This document shows positions 49,166 through 63,560 of a stretch of 64,000 nt of DNA, in pieces. The DNA is from Octopus vulgaris (taxonomy: Eukaryota). The notes under the pieces were generated by a model. That model ran no database searches. It was not told the origin of the DNA and saw only the letters and a program-made list of their open reading frames with translations. Both the position numbers and the translations under genes were made by a program. The DNA lies in assembly GCA_951406725.2 (NCBI GenBank), contig OX597839.1, positions 24,428,001 to 24,492,000 of the forward strand, read 5' to 3'. The first letter of the stretch is position 1. Each line of letters starts with the position of its first letter.

Positions 49166-49409
49166 GAGAGAGGGGGGGACTGAGAGGGTGAGGTGCAGAG
49201 AGACAAGAGTGAAACACCTGAGTGAGGGGAGTTAGGAGAAGGGTGTGGTGTGTGTGGTGAGAAAGACAGGTGGTAGAAAGTGGTGTGTTTAGCAACATAT
49301 ATACACACACAAAGGAGACGAAAGATGGGGAATGTGGGAATGGAGGTGGGTGGATAATTGAGGCGAGAGAGAGAGAGGAAGGCAGGAAGATACGCATACA
49401 TGCACACAC

Positions 49410-49443
<34 letters not shown>

Positions 49444-49799
49444 GCAGACGGACACACTTTCCATTCATATACTAAAACCCTTCGATGGTATGCCCCAGCA
49501 TGGCCGCCGTCTAATGACAAAGATATGAATAAATAGAGAGAGAGAGGGACAGCGGTAGACAGTGAGCTAAACCGAAAGAGAGAGAGAGAAACAAAGAGTG
49601 AGATAGAGAGAAAGAGAGAATGACAGACAGATAGAAACAGAGAGAGATGATGAGAGAGGGAGACAAAAAGAGAGGGAGAAGATGAGAGAGAGAAACTAGG
49701 AGAGGAAGGAAGCGTCTAAAGAAAAAAAAGATAGAACAAGAGACGGAGAGTGATAAAGAGATAGTTTAAACAGAGAGAGAGAGAAAAAAAAAAGAGCGA

Positions 49800-49990
49800 G
49801 AGAGAGAGGCAGACAGACAGAGTGTGAGAGAGAAAGAGAACGGCAAACAGATAGACAGAGAGTGGGAGAGAGAAAGAGAAAGGCAAACAGATAGACAGAG
49901 AGTGAGAGAGAGAAAGAGAAAGGCAAACAGATAGACAGAGAGTGAGAGAGGAAAGAGAAAGGCAAACAGATAGAGACAGAGAGAGAGAGA
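49800..49990. repeat. 42-bp purine-rich tandem repeat
   Basis: GGCAAACAGATAGACAGAGAGTG repeated about 4 times. Confidence 0.85.
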
Positions 49991-50339
49991 GTGAGAGAGA
50001 GAAATGAAGAAGCAGGCAGACGACAATTAGTTAAATCTCATTTCACAAACGAAAAAAAAAAAAAAATTATAATAGATAAATATATAAATAAATATTCATT
50101 AAGAGAGAAGTGGTGGTGGTGGGGGCGGTGAAGGTGTAATGGAGGGGGGGACCCAGAATGAACAGATTGAATATTAAGAGGAAACATGATATAAATATTA
50201 TATATATATATGTATATATATATAAGATGTGAGGCAATAAAAAGCATGCAGAGAGACACATTATATAAAGATTTATACACTCACACACACAAACTATTTG
50301 TGTATACATAAACTATTTATAAATATGTGCACACACAAT

Positions 50340-50349
50340 AGGAACAGTT

Positions 50350-50387
<38 letters not shown>

Positions 50388-50516
50388 TATCTGGGTGTGA
50401 GTGTGTATAGACATATATACACACACATACACAAACACACACTTATACACAAACACATACACCTATATACACACTTTTTATACAAGGTAATCTGTCCAAG
50501 CATGTATACATATATT

Positions 50517-50547
<31 letters not shown>

Positions 50548-50695
50548 CCGGGTGTGTGTGTATAGACATATATACACATACAAACACACCTATATACACA
50601 CATACACACCTATATACATACATATACACAAACACATACACCTATATACACACTTTTTATACAAAGTAGTCTGTCCAAGCATGTATACATATATT

Positions 50696-50733
<38 letters not shown>

Positions 50734-51081
50734 GATATGTGTGTGTGTGTATAGACATATATACACACACATATACAAACACACATACATATACACACAC
50801 AAACACATACACCTATATACACACTTTTTAAACAAGGTAAATCTGTCCAAGCATGTATACATACATATATAGCAAACAGTTTGTGAATGTATATTTACAC
50901 AGAAAGCTGTTTATACACACACCAAAATTGTTTAGACATTATATACACACACACACACATAGTAAGCTGCTTAAATATCCATGAATTGTTTATACATGTA
51001 TAAACAAATTATTTATACACAGTGTTAACACATATACACTCAGTGTTTATACACAAGTATATACATGCAGGTATATGTATG

Positions 51082-51119
<38 letters not shown>

Positions 51120-51524
51120 CACACGTATACACATTGTTTATACATAAGTATTAATACATACATAAGTTGTTTATACATAAAACATAAGCAGCATCATATA
51201 TAATCTATACAGCGTGTATATAGACATATATACACACACATACACATATACACACCTATATACACACATACACCTATATACATACATATACACAAACACA
51301 TACACCTATATCCACACTTTTTATACAAGGTAATATGTCCAAGCATGTATACATATATATATATACACACACACACATATCTGGGTGTGTGTGTGTATAG
51401 ACATATATACACACACATACACAAACACACCTATATACACACATACACCTATATACACAAACACATACACCTATATCCACACTTTTTATACAAGGTAATA
51501 TGTCCAAGCATGTATACATATATT

Positions 51525-51556
<32 letters not shown>

Positions 51557-51654
51557 TATCTGGGTGTGTGTATAGACACATACACAAACACATCTATATA
51601 CACACATACACCTATATACACACTTTTTATACAAGGTAATATGTCCAAGCATGT

Positions 51655-51702
<48 letters not shown>

Positions 51703-51845
51703 CTGGGTGTGTGTGTATAGACATATATACATACACAAACACACCTATATACATACATCACTTATATACATACATATACACAAACACACACCTATATACA
51801 CACTTTTTATACAAGGTAATATGTCCAAGCATGTATACATATATA
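50340..51845. repeat. Compound microsatellite tandem arrays (~140-180-bp period)
   Basis: Marker CACTTTTT..ACAAGGTAAT..TGTCCAAGCATG occurs 7 times. Confidence 0.85.
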
Positions 51846-52832
51846 GCAAACATCATATATAATCTATACAGCGTGTATATATATGTGTGTATATATTTTG
51901 TATACACACACAAAGAGTGTCACTAAACAAAAGGCAGCAAAAATCAGGGGAAAAACTGAAAAGCAAATTATGGAAGAGTTTAGAAAGCTGCAAAGTACTT
52001 TTAACAGGTTTATGTATCATCGATAGAGAAAGAGGAATCGTGGATATGTGTGTGCGGTATCGGCGGTGGTGGTCATGGCTGTAGCGGCGGGCGGCGGTGA
52101 TTGGAGATCGATAAACGTATAAGTTGATGAAATCGAAACTGTTCAATTAAAGGAGTGAAGGGGAGTAGAGAGGAGAAGGAGGAGGGAAGGAGAGAGACAG
52201 AAACGAGTAGAGAGGGGAGAAAAGAAAAAGAGCAAAGAAACCGGGGAAGAGTTAATGATTAGAGAGAGAGAGAGGAAAAATGTGTTTGGGAGAGAGGGGG
52301 GAAGATAATGATAGCAAGACGAAGGGGGAGATGATAATGATAGCCAGAGAGAGGGGGAGTGGGGAAATGATAATGATAGTGAGAGAGAGGGAAGGGAGGG
52401 TTGGATGATAATGACAGAGAGAAGGGGGAAAGAAGAGGAAAAGATGATAATGATTAGAGAGAGGGGTAAGTGAGAGTGTTAAAAAGGATAATGATAGAGA
52501 GAGGAGGAAGGGGAGGCTAATGAAAGGAAGCCATGTGCTTGATGCGAGAATTTACGTTCGAAATGAGAGAGCGGATGGTTTTTGTTTAAGGGGTTAGGGG
52601 ACGGAGAAAACGGAAGAAAAGTTGAAAGGGAGATAAAACGACCTGGGGTGGTTGTTATTGGGAAAAGCTTCGGGGAGAGAGAGGAGGTCGACATAAGCGG
52701 GAGGGAAAGAGGGGGAGTATAACGCATGAGACAGAGAGAGAGAGGGGGGAATAAAAGAGAGACGGTGTGTGTGTGTATGTGTATATGGATATATATATAT
52801 ATATATACTTGTGTGTGTGTGTATATACATAA

Positions 52833-52888
<56 letters not shown>

Positions 52889-53028
52889 GGGAAGAACGTT
52901 TGTAAAAGGAAGATATAGGACAAGAAAGACAAACAGCAACAAAATTTAAGAAAACCGAAAGCAAAGCATATTAAAATTATATTACACACAGTTATAGATA
53001 TATAAACGAGAGAGAGAGAGAGAGAATC

Positions 53029-53076
<48 letters not shown>

Positions 53077-53971
53077 GCGGATGGATGGATGGATGGATGG
53101 ATGTATTTACTTAGGTTGTCTGTAAACTAAGTCCAGCTTGATGGCTTTTAGTAACATTCTGTTAATCCATATCAGTGTTGTTTTAAGTTGTGCTCTCTGT
53201 AATCTGCTAAGATTAGAGCAGCTCAGCGGTGGGGAGAGAGACTCCAGAAAGAAATATATAGCACAATCCAAACACGCGCAGGCGTCGAGTACTATATACA
53301 TACATACATATATATATGTATATATATATACATGTATATAGAGAGATATGAGTGTTTGTGTGTGTTTGTGTATGTTCATACATACATATATGTGTTCTTG
53401 CATTGGCTGGCGTTTACACGCGCGAGGTGGTAGTAACATACGCTGCTGGTGAAGTACTTCTCCGCGCACTGACTGTCTAACCGCCTGTGTTTGTGTGTGT
53501 GTGTCTACACATAAATACATATGTATGTGTGCATGCGTATGTATGTATATGTGTGTGTGTATATATGTTTGTGTATATATGTTTATATATATGTATATGT
53601 GTGTGTATTTATATATATGAGTGTATTTATATATATATGTGTATTTATATACATACAGATAGATCTACACATAAATACATATATATGTATGTGTGCATGC
53701 GTATGTGTATATGTGTGTATATATGTTTGTGTATATGTTTATATATATGTATATGTGTATTTATATATATGAGTGTATATATATATGTGTGTATTTATAT
53801 ATATGTGTATTTATATATGAGTGTATTTATATATATGTGTATTTATATATATGTGTATATATATATATATATAGTTAGATCTACACATAAATACATATAT
53901 ATGTATGTGTGCATGCGTATGTGTATATGTATATGTGTATATATATGTGTGTGTATTTATATATGTGTATA

Positions 53972-54017
<46 letters not shown>

Positions 54018-54235
54018 TAGATATCTGGGTATATGCATACATGTGTGTATATAATGGGAGCGAATCAATAGATGTTTATGTATGTGTTATGTGAAAGTAT
54101 ATATTATACATACATATATATATATAAGGTGTGTATAAAACATAGGTATATGTAACAATTTAAATGTATATAACGTGCATGTGTTTCCGGTGTGTGTAAT
54201 ATATACATGTATGCATTAATGTCTAAACATGTATG

Positions 54236-54271
<36 letters not shown>

Positions 54272-54913
54272 ATCTTAACAATAAAACAGCTTTATGAAAC
54301 TAAGATGTTTATTTAAATATCACGAATATATTTCCTTTCTCTCTTATTCCAACCATAATTATTAATAATTTTATTATCATTACACGGCTGCTGCTAATAT
54401 CATAAATATCATTAGGCCTTTTTATTAACCATTATTACTCGCTTATTTACTATTATTACTAACAAACCGAACTAAAACTCTTGTTATTTCATTCAGTCAA
54501 TACTAATTCCACCACCAGTTATAACACATATATACACAATACCACACACATATATATACATATATATATATATAAATAAATATATATATATATATATATA
54601 TTGTTGTATTTGTAGGAAGGCAATAAATTCAATTAAATTGATCTTGTATTACCAATTATACTTACTAACTAGTTCTGCTGTTAAGACGGGTACAAACAAT
54701 ATTTAAAACCATTTCACTTCTAAGGCTTCACATGTTCCACTATGATTACGCATCTCTCTCTCTCTCTCTCTTTCCTTCTCCCCTCTCTCCTTCTGTATTA
54801 ATCTTTCTTTCCTTCTCTCTCTCTCTCTCTCTTATTCTGTCTGTCTATCTGTCGCTCTGTGTTTGTCTTCCTGTCTATCTATCTCTCTCTCGCTTTCTTA
54901 ATCTTTCTGTCTT

Positions 54914-54954
<41 letters not shown>

Positions 54955-55019
54955 TGCATACTAGATTCAAAGATAACCACTTTTTCTTTCACCTTTCAAC
55001 AACAGAAAGACACACATAT

Positions 55020-55077
<58 letters not shown>

Positions 55078-55919
55078 GTATAAATGTATGTGTGTTCCAG
55101 ATGAAATGAAAAAAACAAAACGAAACAAAAGCCGTTTAATTTGCATATACATACCTACATCTTATATTCATATACACACACATGAATAAACATATATTCA
55201 CACATACGTACACATACATATACACACAAACACACATATATATATATACTCATAAATACATTCACACACAGACGTACACTCACATATTCATATCAATACA
55301 CATTCACATATAGATACACACACACATACATATATATATATATTCTTATAAATATACACACACACACAATTATATATGCACATCTACACACATTCACATA
55401 TAGATACACACACACACACATACATACATATATATATATTCTTATAAATACACACACACACACACATACACAATTATATATACACATCTACACACACAGA
55501 TGAATAAGGAACCAGGAGCAAACAAAAAAAGGGGAATCGAGTGGAAGAAAAAAAAGGGACCCGCCAGTGCTTGCTCGATACAGAACCATAAATAAAACAC
55601 GTTAAGTCTAAACAATTTACAGGACAACATACATATATAGATATAGATATACACACACATATATATATCATAATATCGTATAGTATATCATATATATGTG
55701 GTATATTATAGGGGTGAGACGGCGTGGTTTTGTTGTAAACGGGTAGCAAAAGATCAACAGTGAGAGGAGATGGTGGCACTTACTCAGATCATAGCAACAC
55801 AAAGCAACCAAGTTTGTCCAAAGTACACCTATTCAACTTTATATTGCCCGAAGGAGACACAAAAACATACAGGCTGACAGCCATTGTGACAGAGGAAGGA
55901 ATAGTAAACAGCAGCAGCA

Positions 55920-57260
55920 GCTGATAGTGATAGTAGTGGAGATGGTGGTGGTGGTGGCGGAGGAGGCGGAGGCAGCGGAGACGGAGAAGGAGGCGGTGGC
56001 GGTATATACTAGCAGCAGGAGCTGGAGTAACGGTGCTGAATAAGGTGGTGGCGGCGGTCGCGGTGATGATGGTGGTGATGGTGGTGGTGGTGGTGGGAAG
56101 TTAGCGTGATGGCGATGGCGGCGCTGGAGGAGGTGACATGTAAATGATGGTGGCGGCGGTGGTGGAGGAAGTTATTGTGATAGGTATGGTGGTGGCGGTT
56201 GTGTTAATGTGTAATGATGATGATGGTGGTGTTGGTGGCGGCGCTGCTGGTGAGGTGTAATGATGGTAGTGGTGGTGGTGGAAGTTATTGTGATAGGCAT
56301 GGTGGTGGTGGCGACGGTGCTGCTGGTGAGGTGTAATGATGGTGGTGGTGGTGGTGGTGGTGGTGGCGGAGGAAGTTATTGTGATAGGTACAGTGGTGGT
56401 GGCGATGGTGTAGATGTGTATTGATGGTGGTGGTGATGTTGGAAGTTATTGTAATCAGTATGATGGTGGCGGCGGCAGCGCTGCTGGTGAGGTGTGATGA
56501 TGGTGGTGGTGGTGGTGGAGGAAGTTATTGTGATAGGTATGGTGGTGGCGGTTGTGTTAATGTGTAATGATGATGATGGTGGTGGTGGTGGTGGCGGCGG
56601 CAAATGATATGTTATGATAGCGGTGCTGGAGTAACGGTGCTGAATAATGTGGTGGTGGTGGTGGGGATAACTGTATAGTGATGATGATGATGATAGCGGT
56701 GGTGATGGTGGTGGTGGAAACGCAGTGTAATGATGGCGGTGGCGTTGATTGTGTATGTGCTGTGGTAGTGGTAGTGGTGGTGGCAATCATATGTAATAAA
56801 TGTGTAGTGAGACGTGTGGTTGTGGTGGTGGTGGTAGTGGTGGCGGCGGTCATGATACAAGTGGTGGTGGTGGTGGTGGTGTTGATGGTGGTAATATCTG
56901 TGGTTGTGAAAGTGAAGGCGGCGTTTGCTACCAGTGGTGGCGGTGGAAGCGGCATTGAGAGTGGTGGTGGTGGCGGTGGTGAGGGCGACGGTGGGGCAGC
57001 GTTCGTTACTTGTGTTGGTGGTGGTGGTAGAGGGTTTATTACTCGTGGTGGCGGTGGCGGCGACAACAATAGTGGTAGGATGGAGGAGGCGGTGTTCTTA
57101 ATAATGGTGAGATGTTGGCGACGCCGGTGTTGAGCGGTCTTGCTTGATGGGCGGCGGAGATGGGGAGGGGGGAAAAAGGCAGTGCACTGCATGATGGTGG
57201 TGGCGAAGGCGGAAGAGCGATGACAGTTGAGGTGGTGGTGGTGGTGGTGGTGGTGGTGGT
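55920..57260. repeat. (GGT/GGC/GAT)n-rich low-complexity tract with internal tandem units
   Basis: GGAAGTTATTGTGATAGG recurs at 56168, 56280, 56371, 56520. Confidence 0.85.
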
Positions 57261-57381
57261 GAAGGCGAAGACATCAGCAGCAGCAGCAGAAGAAAAAAGC
57301 AAAGAGTGAGAAAGAGGAGGAAGAGAAAGAAGGACAAAAATTAGAAACAATAAAATTTGCATGGTGGTGGTGGTGGAGACG

Positions 57382-57785
<404 letters not shown>

Positions 57786-58426
57786 ACAGACAGAGATGGT
57801 GTTGCTGGTGTTGGCCATGGTGATGACAACGATGAAATGATGAGAATAATACTGTGATGCTGCTGATGCAGATGATGATGATGATGATGATGGTGGTGGT
57901 AGTGGTGGTGGTGGAAGTGTTGATGGCGAGGCGCAGGGACAGAGGCGGAAGCGAAGTAATATTGTTGATGATTATTTTTTGTATTTCACTTTTTAAAAGC
58001 GGGGGAAGACGGCGACTGATATATATACACACATATTCACAAGGTTTATTATGTATACACATAACGTGTGTGTATATGTGAATACACGCATACATACACG
58101 CATACATACAAGTATACATATATATATATATAAATATAAACACACACATCTTTGTATGCATCAAATGTGTACAAATAAATATTTATATAATAGCATTTCT
58201 ATTACATCTAATCTGAAGATATCATGTTTATAACACTGACACAAACATTATATATATATACATACGAGTGTGTGCATATGTATGTATGTGTGTGTGTATG
58301 GTGTGTATGTGTGTATGTATGTATGTATGTATGTGTATGTATGTGTGTATGTATGTATGTGTGTGTATGTATGTATGTGTGTATAGAGGTAGGTAGATAG
58401 ATAAATAGGTAGGTAAGTAGGTACAT

Positions 58427-58460
<34 letters not shown>

Positions 58461-59352
58461 TGTGTGTATAGAAGGCAGATAGATAGATATGTGTGTATAG
58501 ACAGGCAGATAGATAGATAGATATGTGTGTATAGACAGGCAGATAGATACGTATGTGTGTATAGACAGGCAGATAGATAGATAGATATGTGTGTATAGAA
58601 GGCAGATAGATAGATATGTCTGTATAGACAGGCAGATAGATAGATATGTGTGTATAGACAGGCAGATAGATAGATATGTGTGTATAGACAGGCAGATAGA
58701 TAGATATGTGTGTATAGACAGGCAGATAGATAGATATGTGTGTATAGAAGACAGATAGATAGATATGTGTGTATAGACAGGCAGATAGATAGATATGTGT
58801 GTATAGACAGGCAGATAGATAGATATGTGTGTATAGACAGGCAGATAGATAGATATGTGTGTATAGACAGGCAGATAGATAGATATGTGTGTATAGACAG
58901 GCAGATAGATAGATAGATGTGTGTGTATAGACAGGCAGATAGATATGTGTGTATAGACAGGCAGATAGATATGTGTGTATAGACAGGCAGATAGATAGAT
59001 AGATATGTGTGTATAGACAGGCAGATAGATAGATAGATATGTGTGTATAGACAGGCAGATAGATAGATATATGTGTATAGACAGGCAGATAGATAGATAG
59101 ATAGATATGTGTGTATAGACAGGCAGATAGATAGGTATGTGCGTATAGACAGGCAGATAGATAGATATGTGTGTATAGACAGGCAGATAGATAGATATAT
59201 GTGTATAGACAGGCAGATAGATAGATAGATAGATATGAGTGTATAGATAGGCAGATAGATAGGTATGTGCGTATAGACAGGCAGATAGATAGATATGTGT
59301 GTATAGACAGGCAGATAGATAGATATATGTGTATAGACAGGCAGATAGATAG
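58427..59352. repeat. 30-bp minisatellite ATATGTGTGTATAGACAGGCAGATAGATAG
   Basis: ~29 units varying by GATA steps; source of the spurious 424-aa and 344-aa ORFs. Confidence 0.95.
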
Positions 59353-59721
59353 GACAGACATCAAATACACAGACAGACAAATAGGCAGATGAACGAAGAG
59401 ATAGATACATATATAGAGGGATAAATAGATAGATATAGATATAAATTTGTGTGTGTGCATATGTTATCTTACATAAAGTCATATTCCCAAAAGGGTATTG
59501 GACATGCTTAAGGAGAGCATAAATTTATTGTCAAAAGAAAAGTTGACAGTAACTTCGAAGTCTCATCAATAACTGGTTTCATCAGTCGAACGAAAAAGAA
59601 TCACTGGCAAGACTTTGAAGTTGTTGCCAGCTTCTCCTCCATTTTATCTTCTTTCACTCGTTCCAGTCGTCAGGCTGCGGTCATGCTGGGGCACTACCTT
59701 GAGGAGTCTCGTCAGATGAAT

Positions 59722-60103
59722 TACTCTTTTACTTGTTTCAGTCATTTGATTGCGGCCATGCTGGAGCACCGCCTTTAGTCGATCAAATCAACTTATTCTT
59801 TGTAAGCCCAGTACTTATTCTATTGGTCTCTTTTGCCGAACCGCTAATTGACGGGGACGTAAACACACCAGCATCGGTTGCCAAGCAATGCTAGGGGGAC
59901 AAACACAGACACACAAACATATATATATATACATATATACGACAGGCTTCTTTCAGTTTCCGTCTACCAAAATCCACTCACAAGGCATTGGTCGGCCCGG
60001 GGCTATAGCAGAAGACGCTTGCCCAAGTTGCCACGCAGTGGGACTGAACCCGGAACCATGTGGTTGGTAAGCAAGCTACTTACCACACAGCCACTCCTGC
60101 GCC
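59722..60103 (-). mobile_element. SINE family A copy
   Basis: Full-length reverse copy. Confidence 0.9.
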
Positions 60104-60207
60104 TGAATTGAATCCAGGACTTATTTTTAAAGAGTGATTCCATCAATACTGCACAAATGATGTTGGCATCAGTTTTAAAATCCACCCAGGACTTGCCCCC
60201 CCCCCCC

Positions 60208-60527
60208 CGGTGCTATCCACCCACTACAGAAATCAAAGTCAAGACACATAACAACATTACAACACAACTACTTTACCTCAACCGGTCCAGCTCTCTTTAA
60301 TATCATACCAAAATACGGAAATGGATCCCAAAAAATTCAAAAGTTCTCTGGACAAATTTCTCAAAAAAATCCTAGACCAACCTCCTACACCCGTATACGT
60401 CTCCAACAATAATAACTCTTTGGTAGAGTAGGCCATGGTGCCCCACATATGACTAAAAGACTTCACCAGGTGGTGCTATTAACTTAGACATGGCCTGGAC
60501 CTATACTGGTCAAAACCTGTCTAAGTT
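60208..60527 (+). mobile_element. CR1-clade LINE 3' end (ORF2 C-terminus + 3'UTR)
   Basis: ...TLQHNYFTSTGPALFNIIPKY (frameshift) DPKKFKSSLDKFLKKILDQPPTPVYVSNNNNSLVE*, matching the CR1-type 'GP.LFN.LP...FK..LDKFL..IPDQP' C-terminus. Confidence 0.75.
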
Positions 60528-60561
60528 ATTCTATCAGTCTCTTTTTGGCCAAAGTTATAGA

Positions 60562-60940
60562 GGGCTGTGTGGTAAGTAGTTTGCTTATGAACAACAAAGT
60601 TCCAGGTTCATTCCCACTGCATGGCACCTTGGGCAAGTGTCTTCTACTATAGCCTCGGGCCGACCAAAGCCTTGTGAGTGGATTTGGTAGACGGAAACTG
60701 AAAGAAGCCCGTCGTATATATGTATATATATGTAAGCATGTGTGTGTTGTGTTTGTCCCCCCCACATCGCTTGACAACCGATGCTGGTGTGTTTACGTCC
60801 CCGTAACTTAGCGGCTCGGCAAAAGAGACCGATAGAATAAGTACTAGGCTTACAAAAGAATAAGTCCTGGGGTCGATTTGCTCGATTAAAGGCGGTGCTC
60901 CAGCATGGCCGCAGTCAAATGACTGAAACAAGTACAAAAA
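60562..60940 (+). mobile_element. SINE family A copy
   Basis: Colinear with family consensus. Confidence 0.85.
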
Positions 60941-61490
60941 TATAAGGGACATATTTATATATATACGACAGGCTTCTTTCAATTTCCATTTACTAAATCC
61001 ACTCATAAAGGCTATATTAGGAGGAACTTGCCCAAGGTGCCATGCAGTCAGACTGAACCCAAGACCTCATGGTTTAGAAGCAAGCTTCTGTGTGTGTGTG
61101 TGTGTGTGTGTGTGTTCTAGTTTTAGAAATGTAGTTTTAGCAAGGCTAAAAAGACTTGGTGGCTCTGTCAGACAATATTCTGTGAGGGAAGACATAGGTT
61201 CTGAAAATGCATAACCTCCACACCGATGGTATTCAGCCACCACCACCACCACCACCACCACCACCATCAACACCACCAACACAACCACCATCACCACTGC
61301 AAAAGCCACCATCCCATCACCACTGCCACCACCACCACCACCACTACCAGGCAAATAAAGGCACTGGGACCTATAGAATTTATTTATTTACTGCAAGCTA
61401 CAGAGCACAAAGGTCAGAATTGGGTCCCTAGACACATGAGGCTCCCAGGTGAATCAATGCTCTAGGCCCAATAGAATATATCACTTGACA

Positions 61491-61878
61491 TGTGGAGGCG
61501 CAATGGCCCAGTGGTTAGGGCAGCGGAATCACGGTTGTAGGATCGCGGTTTCGATTCCCAGACCAGGCATTGTGAGTGTTTATTGAGCGAAAACACCTAA
61601 AAGCTTCATGAGGCTCCGGCAGGGATGGTGGTGATCCCTGCTGTACTCTTTCGCCACAACTTTCTCTCACTCTTACTTCCTGTTTCTGTTGTACCTGTAT
61701 TTCAAAGGGCCGGCCTTGTCACTCTCTGTGTCACGCTGAATATCCCCGAGAACTACGTTAAGGGTACACGTGTCTGTGGAGTGCTCAGCCACTTACACGT
61801 TAATTTCACGAGCAGGCTGTTCCGTTGATCGGATCAACCGGAACCCTCATTGTCGTAACCGACGGAGTGCTTCCATCC
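61491..61878 (+). mobile_element. SINE family D head with alternative 3' half; 11-bp TSD
   Basis: TSD ATCACTTGACA at 61480-90 and 61879-89; matches family D to ~61672, then diverges. Confidence 0.85.
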
Positions 61879-62289
61879 ATCACTTGACAATAAACCAAAG
61901 CACGCATAGATCAGAATTGGACCTTTAGACCTGTGAGGCCTCCAGGCAGTTCAGTGCTCTGGGCCCTAAAGTATTTACTGACAGCAAACTACAGCGTACA
62001 TCGATCAGAATTAGCCCTTAGACCTGTGAGGCTCCCAGACAACTTACCAGTGTGCCCTTTTTTTTAAGGCAGCACAGCATTTATTACTAACTCTGGGGTC
62101 CCACTGTCTTGCTATTCCCAAAAGACAATAAAGGGCTGGGAACACACCATTCACCTCCCTCAGGAGGAATTACAACTTGGACCATCACAGTCCCATTCTC
62201 CATAACATGCTCCCTCGTAGCTACCCCTAGCTCAACAGTCTATCATACTATCCACACACAGACATACAGGGTTTACAGTTATTCAACTA

Positions 62290-63055
62290 CTAGCAGTATT
62301 GCCTGGCGTTGCTCGGGTTTGTTTCGACCCTTTAGAATTGGAATTTTTGAAAAGTAAAAATTTCGCATTATGTAGCTTGTTATTCTCTTTAAGTGAACAC
62401 TTTTCTGGTTGAAATACACTGAAAAATAGTGACACAGCAGTCAAAAAATCGTAAAAATTAGGGATTTTCATAGAAAAAAAAAGCACCTTTTTGATGTATA
62501 TAATTTTTGGTGTTAACATGGTCCGATCTGAATTTTATCTTCTACGGAATGAAGAGCAAGCCTTCTTCTATCATACTCTCAATTTTGGTCAACTTGTGCC
62601 GCAGGGTCTCAGAGGAGATAGTGTTAGTTGAAGCCTACCAAACCTGCCACACACAGACAACTTCAGCTTTATATATATACTAGCAGTATCGCCCGGCGTT
62701 ACTCGGGTTTGTTTTGACCCTTTAGAATTGGAATTTTTGAAAAGTATAAATTTTGCATTATGTAGCTTGTTATTCTCTTTTGAAATACACCGAAAAATGG
62801 CGACACAGCAGTAAATAAATCGTAAAAAAATAGGGATTTTCATAGAAAAAAAAAGCACCATTTTGATGTAAATAATTTTTGGTGTTAACATGGTCCGATT
62901 TGAATTTTATCTTCTACAGAATGAAGAGCAAGCCTTCTTCTATCATACTCTCAATTTTGGTCAACTTGTGCCGCAGGGTCTCAGAGGAAATAGTGTTAGT
63001 TGAAGCCTACCAAACCTGCCACACACAGACAACTTCAATTTTATATATATATAGA
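62290..63055 (-). mobile_element. Two head-to-tail copies of the same non-autonomous Helitron (62290-62679, 62680-63055)
   Basis: 5' A|TCTATATATAT at 63055; subterminal CCCGAG(C/T)AACGCC(G/A)GG hairpin + CTAG in each copy; ~20-bp internal deletion in one copy. Confidence 0.8.
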
Positions 63056-63159
63056 TTTCTTTCGCATTCATATTATTTACAGTTTAGACCTCAATTCTAT
63101 AAAGATATGAAACCATTATTCTATGCTAATTTAGTTAATTTTATAATAATAATAATATA

Positions 63160-63560
63160 TGCAAGAGTGGCTGTGTGGTAAGTAGCTTGCTAACCAACCA
63201 CATGGTTCAGGGTTCAGTCCCACTGCGTGGCACCTTGGGCAAGTGTCTTCTGCTATAGCCCCGGGCCGACCAATGCCTTGTGAGTGGATTTGGTAGACGG
63301 AAACTGAAAGAAGCCCGTCGTATATATGTATATATATATGTGTGTGTGTATATGTTTGTGTGTCTGTGTTTGTTCCCCTAGCATTGCTTGACAACCGATG
63401 CTGGTGTGTTTAAGTCCCCGTCACTTAGCGGTTCGGCAAAAGAGACCGATAGAATAAGTACTGGGCTTACAAAGAATAAGTCCCGGGGTCGATTTGCTCG
63501 ACTAAAGACGGTGCTCCAGCATGGCCGCAGTCAAATGACTGAAACAAGTAAAAGAGTAAA
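63160..63560 (+). mobile_element. SINE family A copy
   Basis: Full-length, well preserved. Confidence 0.9.

Noticed and set aside
58208-59482. 424-aa and 344-aa ORFs
   Set aside because: Translations of a 30-bp stop-free minisatellite.
61493-61566. tRNA-like sequence (also 32387, 8915-8986)
   Set aside because: Head of a SINE with TSD; no proper acceptor stem.
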